From: a virus
DNA length: 33,269 nt
Virus record (IMG/VR): IMGVR_UViG_3300005512_000177
Direction: 5' to 3' (one strand)
Shown here piece after piece: positions 30,903 through 33,269 of the stretch (positions are counted from its first letter, which is position 1; every line of letters begins with the position of its first letter). Under the pieces are notes generated by a model. That model worked only from the letters and a program-made list of their open reading frames with translations. It searched no databases and was not told the origin of the DNA. The translations under genes were made by a program, and so were the position numbers.

Positions 30903-33269
30903 TTATGAGTATGTTGGTCCAATGGTCCAGTAATATGTGTTGCTGGTGCCGTTGTATCTTGAAAATATATAAACCGTCTGTATGTCATTGGCACTACTTA
31001 CTGAACTGGTGGTCACGCCATTGGCGAACTTGAATGTCTCTCCACCTGATGCGGAGAATGTCATCGTCCTTGATCCCGTGCCGTCCTGGACCAGGTAAAG
31101 CGTCACACCCACTGACTGGTTTAAGTCCGTGGGAAAGTTGCTCATCGTGAATCCCGTTATGTTTGATGTCAGTGTCACGGTCTGTAGGTTTCCGTTGGCC
31201 CAGTCTATGGTGTATGTGCTTCCTGAACTATGCGTGGTGTTGTATGACCACTCGTTGAATTTTTCTAAAGCACCTGGTCTGGTCTTGACCTTGTCAGTTT
31301 CAGTTTTAAGAAGGTATGGTGTGTTGGTGCTACTCCAGTATTGATCACTTTCCATATGGAACGCGGTGTAGTTGGTCATAGTCTGTGTGCCGTTGCCGTA
31401 TTGGCTGTGGCCCACTGCGACACCATACACATTGGTGGCACTCACGGTCTGGTTGCTGTCGCTTCCACCCGCGACAGCGGTGCTGATCCTGGCACCATAG
31501 AGGTTGGTCAGTGATATGTCACCAGTGTAGTATCCACCGTAGTCATCACCAATCGCTGAATACACACCCAGCCCCCTGTGTGTGCCCACGGTTGATGCGT
31601 TCGTGGTGTCGCTGTTGCCAGCGTAGGTGGCTATGCTGAATGCTGTTCCACGGCTTGACCCAGTGTTGGTGACATTGGAACCGTTGTAATCAGTTGATGT
31701 CACATTCTCGTTCCTGAAACGGGCTGATCCAGAATCTGAATCCGTGCCGTCCAGTTTAAAGAATGTGCTGTTGTATTTGTATTTCCTGGTGCCTGGTGTT
31801 ATGCCCGTGACCACATCGTGCTGGTGCGTCATCCCTGCCAACCTGTAGTCTGATGATGTCCAAGGTTCCAGTTCGCCAGCGTTGAGGTTGGGTGCCCCGT
31901 TGGCCTGTAGCAGGATCTTGCCCGTGCCTGACGATTCTATCTCAAAGTCCGCGTTTGATGAGCCTGTGCTCATCTTGTTGCCCGTGAATACTATGTCTCC
32001 CGTTGATGCCGCCCCACCTGAAACTGAAGTGAATGAGAGATTGCCTGCGCCGTCAGTGGTCAATACCTGACCATTAGAGCCGTCAGTGGTTGGGAAGTTG
32101 AATCCATCTATCACGACCTTGCCAGTGCCGCCTGGTTGTAGTGTTAAGTCCGCGTTTGAAGGTGCGGAGATGGTTGATCCCGTGAATGTGATGTCACCCG
32201 TTGATGCTGATCCACCTGAAACCGTGGTGAATGTGAAGTTGCCCGCACCATCCGTGGTCAATACCTGACCATTTGAACCGTCAGTGATTGACAGGTCCGT
32301 CAGTGCTGATGGTATGGTTGGTGTGCCTGACAATGATGAGTAGGCACCGTCAAACGCATCAGTGATGCCGTAGCCTGCTATGGTGGTTGGTTTGCTGGTG
32401 ACATCAGCGAATGCCACTGAAGTCAGATAACCAGCACCATTGGTCAGTTGGTTGTTGTTCGTTGGTATGGTTGGCTTGTTGGTAAGGTCCGTGTAGGATC
32501 CTGAAAATGTTGAATAACCAGAGTCATTGGTCCATTGGCTGATGTTTCCTGACTTATTGGTCAGTGTGTCAGTGCTTGAAGCCGTGATGTATGAGCCAAG
32601 ATCTGATATCTGTGATTCTGTTATGCTCAAGGCGGCCTGATGTTGTGTGACATCGCCTTGCGTGACTGAATAGTCAGTGATGTAGCCAGCACCATTGGTC
32701 AATTGGTTGTTGTTCGTAGGTATAGTTGGTGTGCCTGTTAGATCAGAGTATGCTCCAGTGGAGGCCACCGCTGATAAGCCCAAGTTGGTCTTGGCATTGG
32801 TTTTCTGTGTTGAAGTCAGACCTTGTGCCGCCGTATCAACCCGTAATCTGTTGCCCAACGCCGTGGATGTTGTTGTAGCGAAGTTGGCATCGTCACCCAA
32901 GGCCGCCGCTAATTCGTTCAGAGTGTTAAGAGTCTCTGGTGCTGAATCAACCGTGTTGGCTATGGCGGTATCCACATATGAAGTTGAAGCATATGAACTT
33001 AAATCTGGTCCTGTGACCGTTATCGTGTCTCCTACCACTGACACCGTGGTGTTCTGTGTGCCCGTGATCTTGATGTTGTCATTGTCCTTGGCTGAAAAAC
33101 TTGTGCCTGTGCTGTCATCACCAACTATGGTGATGTTGGCATCAGTGATGTAATTCTGTAGGTCCGTTATCTGTGATTCCGTCACTGCGAGTGCGGCCTG
33201 ATGTGCCGTCACGTCTGACTGCGTCACGGTGTAGTCAGTGATGTATCCTGCCCCATTGGTCAGTTCATT
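30903..33269 (-). CDS. Tail fibre protein, C-terminal part of the wrap-around gene (true start is ATG 1620; 33147..33269 duplicates 1..123)
   Basis: Track ORF 30903..33227 begins at an internal GTG, and the frame stays open to the window end. It contains the fibre motifs 'APETLNTLNELAAALGDDANFATT', 'TIPTNNNQLTNGAGYIT' and a tandem 'DGSNGQVLTTDGAGN..FT.VSGG'. The C-terminal tip domain carries 'QDGTGSRT'. Confidence 0.85.
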   Translation of the reverse strand, partial: NELTNGAGYITDYTVTQSDVTAHQAALAVTESQITDLQNYITDANITIVGDDSTGTSFSAKDNDNIKITGTQNTTVSVVGDTITVTGPDLSSYASTSYVDTAIANTVDSAPETLNTLNELAAALGDDANFATTTSTALGNRLRVDTAAQGLTSTQKTNAKTNLGLSAVASTGAYSDLTGTPTIPTNNNQLTNGAGYITDYSVTQGDVTQHQAALSITESQISDLGSYITASSTDTLTNKSGNISQWTNDSGYSTFSGSYTDLTNKPTIPTNNNQLTNGAGYLTSVAFADVTSKPTTIAGYGITDAFDGAYSSLSGTPTIPSALTDLSITDGSNGQVLTTDGAGNFTFTTVSGGSASTGDITFTGSTISAPSNADLTLQPGGTGKVVIDGFNFPTTDGSNGQVLTTDGAGNLSFTSVSGGAASTGDIVFTGNKMSTGSSNADFEIESSGTGKILLQANGAPNLNAGELEPWTSSDYRLAGMTHQHDVVTGITPGTRKYKYNSTFFKLDGTDSDSGSARFRNENVTSTDYNGSNVTNTGSSRGTAFSIATYAGNSDTTNASTVGTHRGLGVYSAIGDDYGGYYTGDISLTNLYGARISTAVAGGSDSNQTVSATNVYGVAVGHSQYGNGTQTMTNYTAFHMESDQYWSSTNTPYLLKTETDKVKTRPGALEKFNEWSYNTTHSSGSTYTIDWANGNLQTVTLTSNITGFTMSNFPTDLNQSVGVTLYLVQDGTGSRTMTFSASGGETFKFANGVTTSSVSSANDIQTVYIFSRYNGTSNTYYWTIGPTYS
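31890..32290 (-). repeat. Tandem 198-bp (66-aa) duplication inside the fibre gene
   Basis: 'gtcaatacctgaccatt(a/t)ga(g/a)ccgtcagtg' occurs at 32059 and 32257. The protein units are TDGSNGQVLTTDGAGNFTFTTVSGGSASTGDITFTG... and TDGSNGQVLTTDGAGNLSFTSVSGGAASTGDIVFTG... Confidence 0.85.
32606..32984 (-). repeat. Intragenic duplication, copy B (partner of 432..810)
   Basis: See copy A. The protein segment is TSYVDTAIANTVDSAPETLNTLNELAAALGDDANFATTTSTALGNRLRVDTAAQGLTSTQKTNAKTNLGLSAVASTGAYSDLTGTPTIPTNNNQLTNGAGYITDYSVTQGDVTQHQAALSITESQISDL. Confidence 0.85.
33147..33269. repeat. Terminal direct repeat, copy 2 (identical to 1..123)
   Basis: See copy 1. Confidence 0.95.

Noticed and set aside
30903-33269. 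Diversity-generating retroelement, suggested by the Mtd-N-like fibre N-terminus and duplicated segments
   Set aside because: No reverse-transcriptase ORF exists anywhere in the genome. The duplicated copies are both inside coding sequence and do not look like a template/variable repeat pair at a C-terminal lectin domain.

Overview
This window is a complete tailed-phage genome assembled as a circle. Bases 1-123 recur exactly at 33147-33269, so the unit length is 33,146 bp. Every convincing gene except one (9613..10170, +) lies on the minus strand. Read along the minus strand there are three blocks. (i) An early/accessory block, 8970 down to 2875. It holds two ParB/Srx-like proteins, an ABC-type ATPase fused to a GNAT acyltransferase, a C39/papain-like cysteine peptidase candidate, orphan proteins, a 62-aa proline-rich lipoprotein and a paralogous pair of basic proteins. 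Four sigma70-type extended -10 promoters serve it; three have near-consensus -35 boxes and the fourth a weak one. (ii) A fibre / receptor-binding block of about 11 kb, running 2854 down to 1, through the circle junction, and on to 24711. One 1287-aa fibre gene in it is split by the window ends. (iii) The late morphogenesis block, 24711 down to 10273: TerS, TerL, portal, three small inserts, scaffold, major capsid protein with a strong terminator, connector proteins, major tail protein, a G/T chaperone pair with a candidate -1 slip site, tape measure, GTA/HK97-style distal tail proteins and a lambda-J-like tip protein. No integrase, repressor, DNA polymerase/helicase/primase, holin or classical endolysin is recognisable by eye. 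The genome is compositionally bipartite: roughly 9.0-27.5 kb is AT-rich and the rest is GC-richer. All functional calls come from motif recognition by eye, with no database search. Coordinates of non-ORF elements are hand-read and may be off by 1-2 nt.
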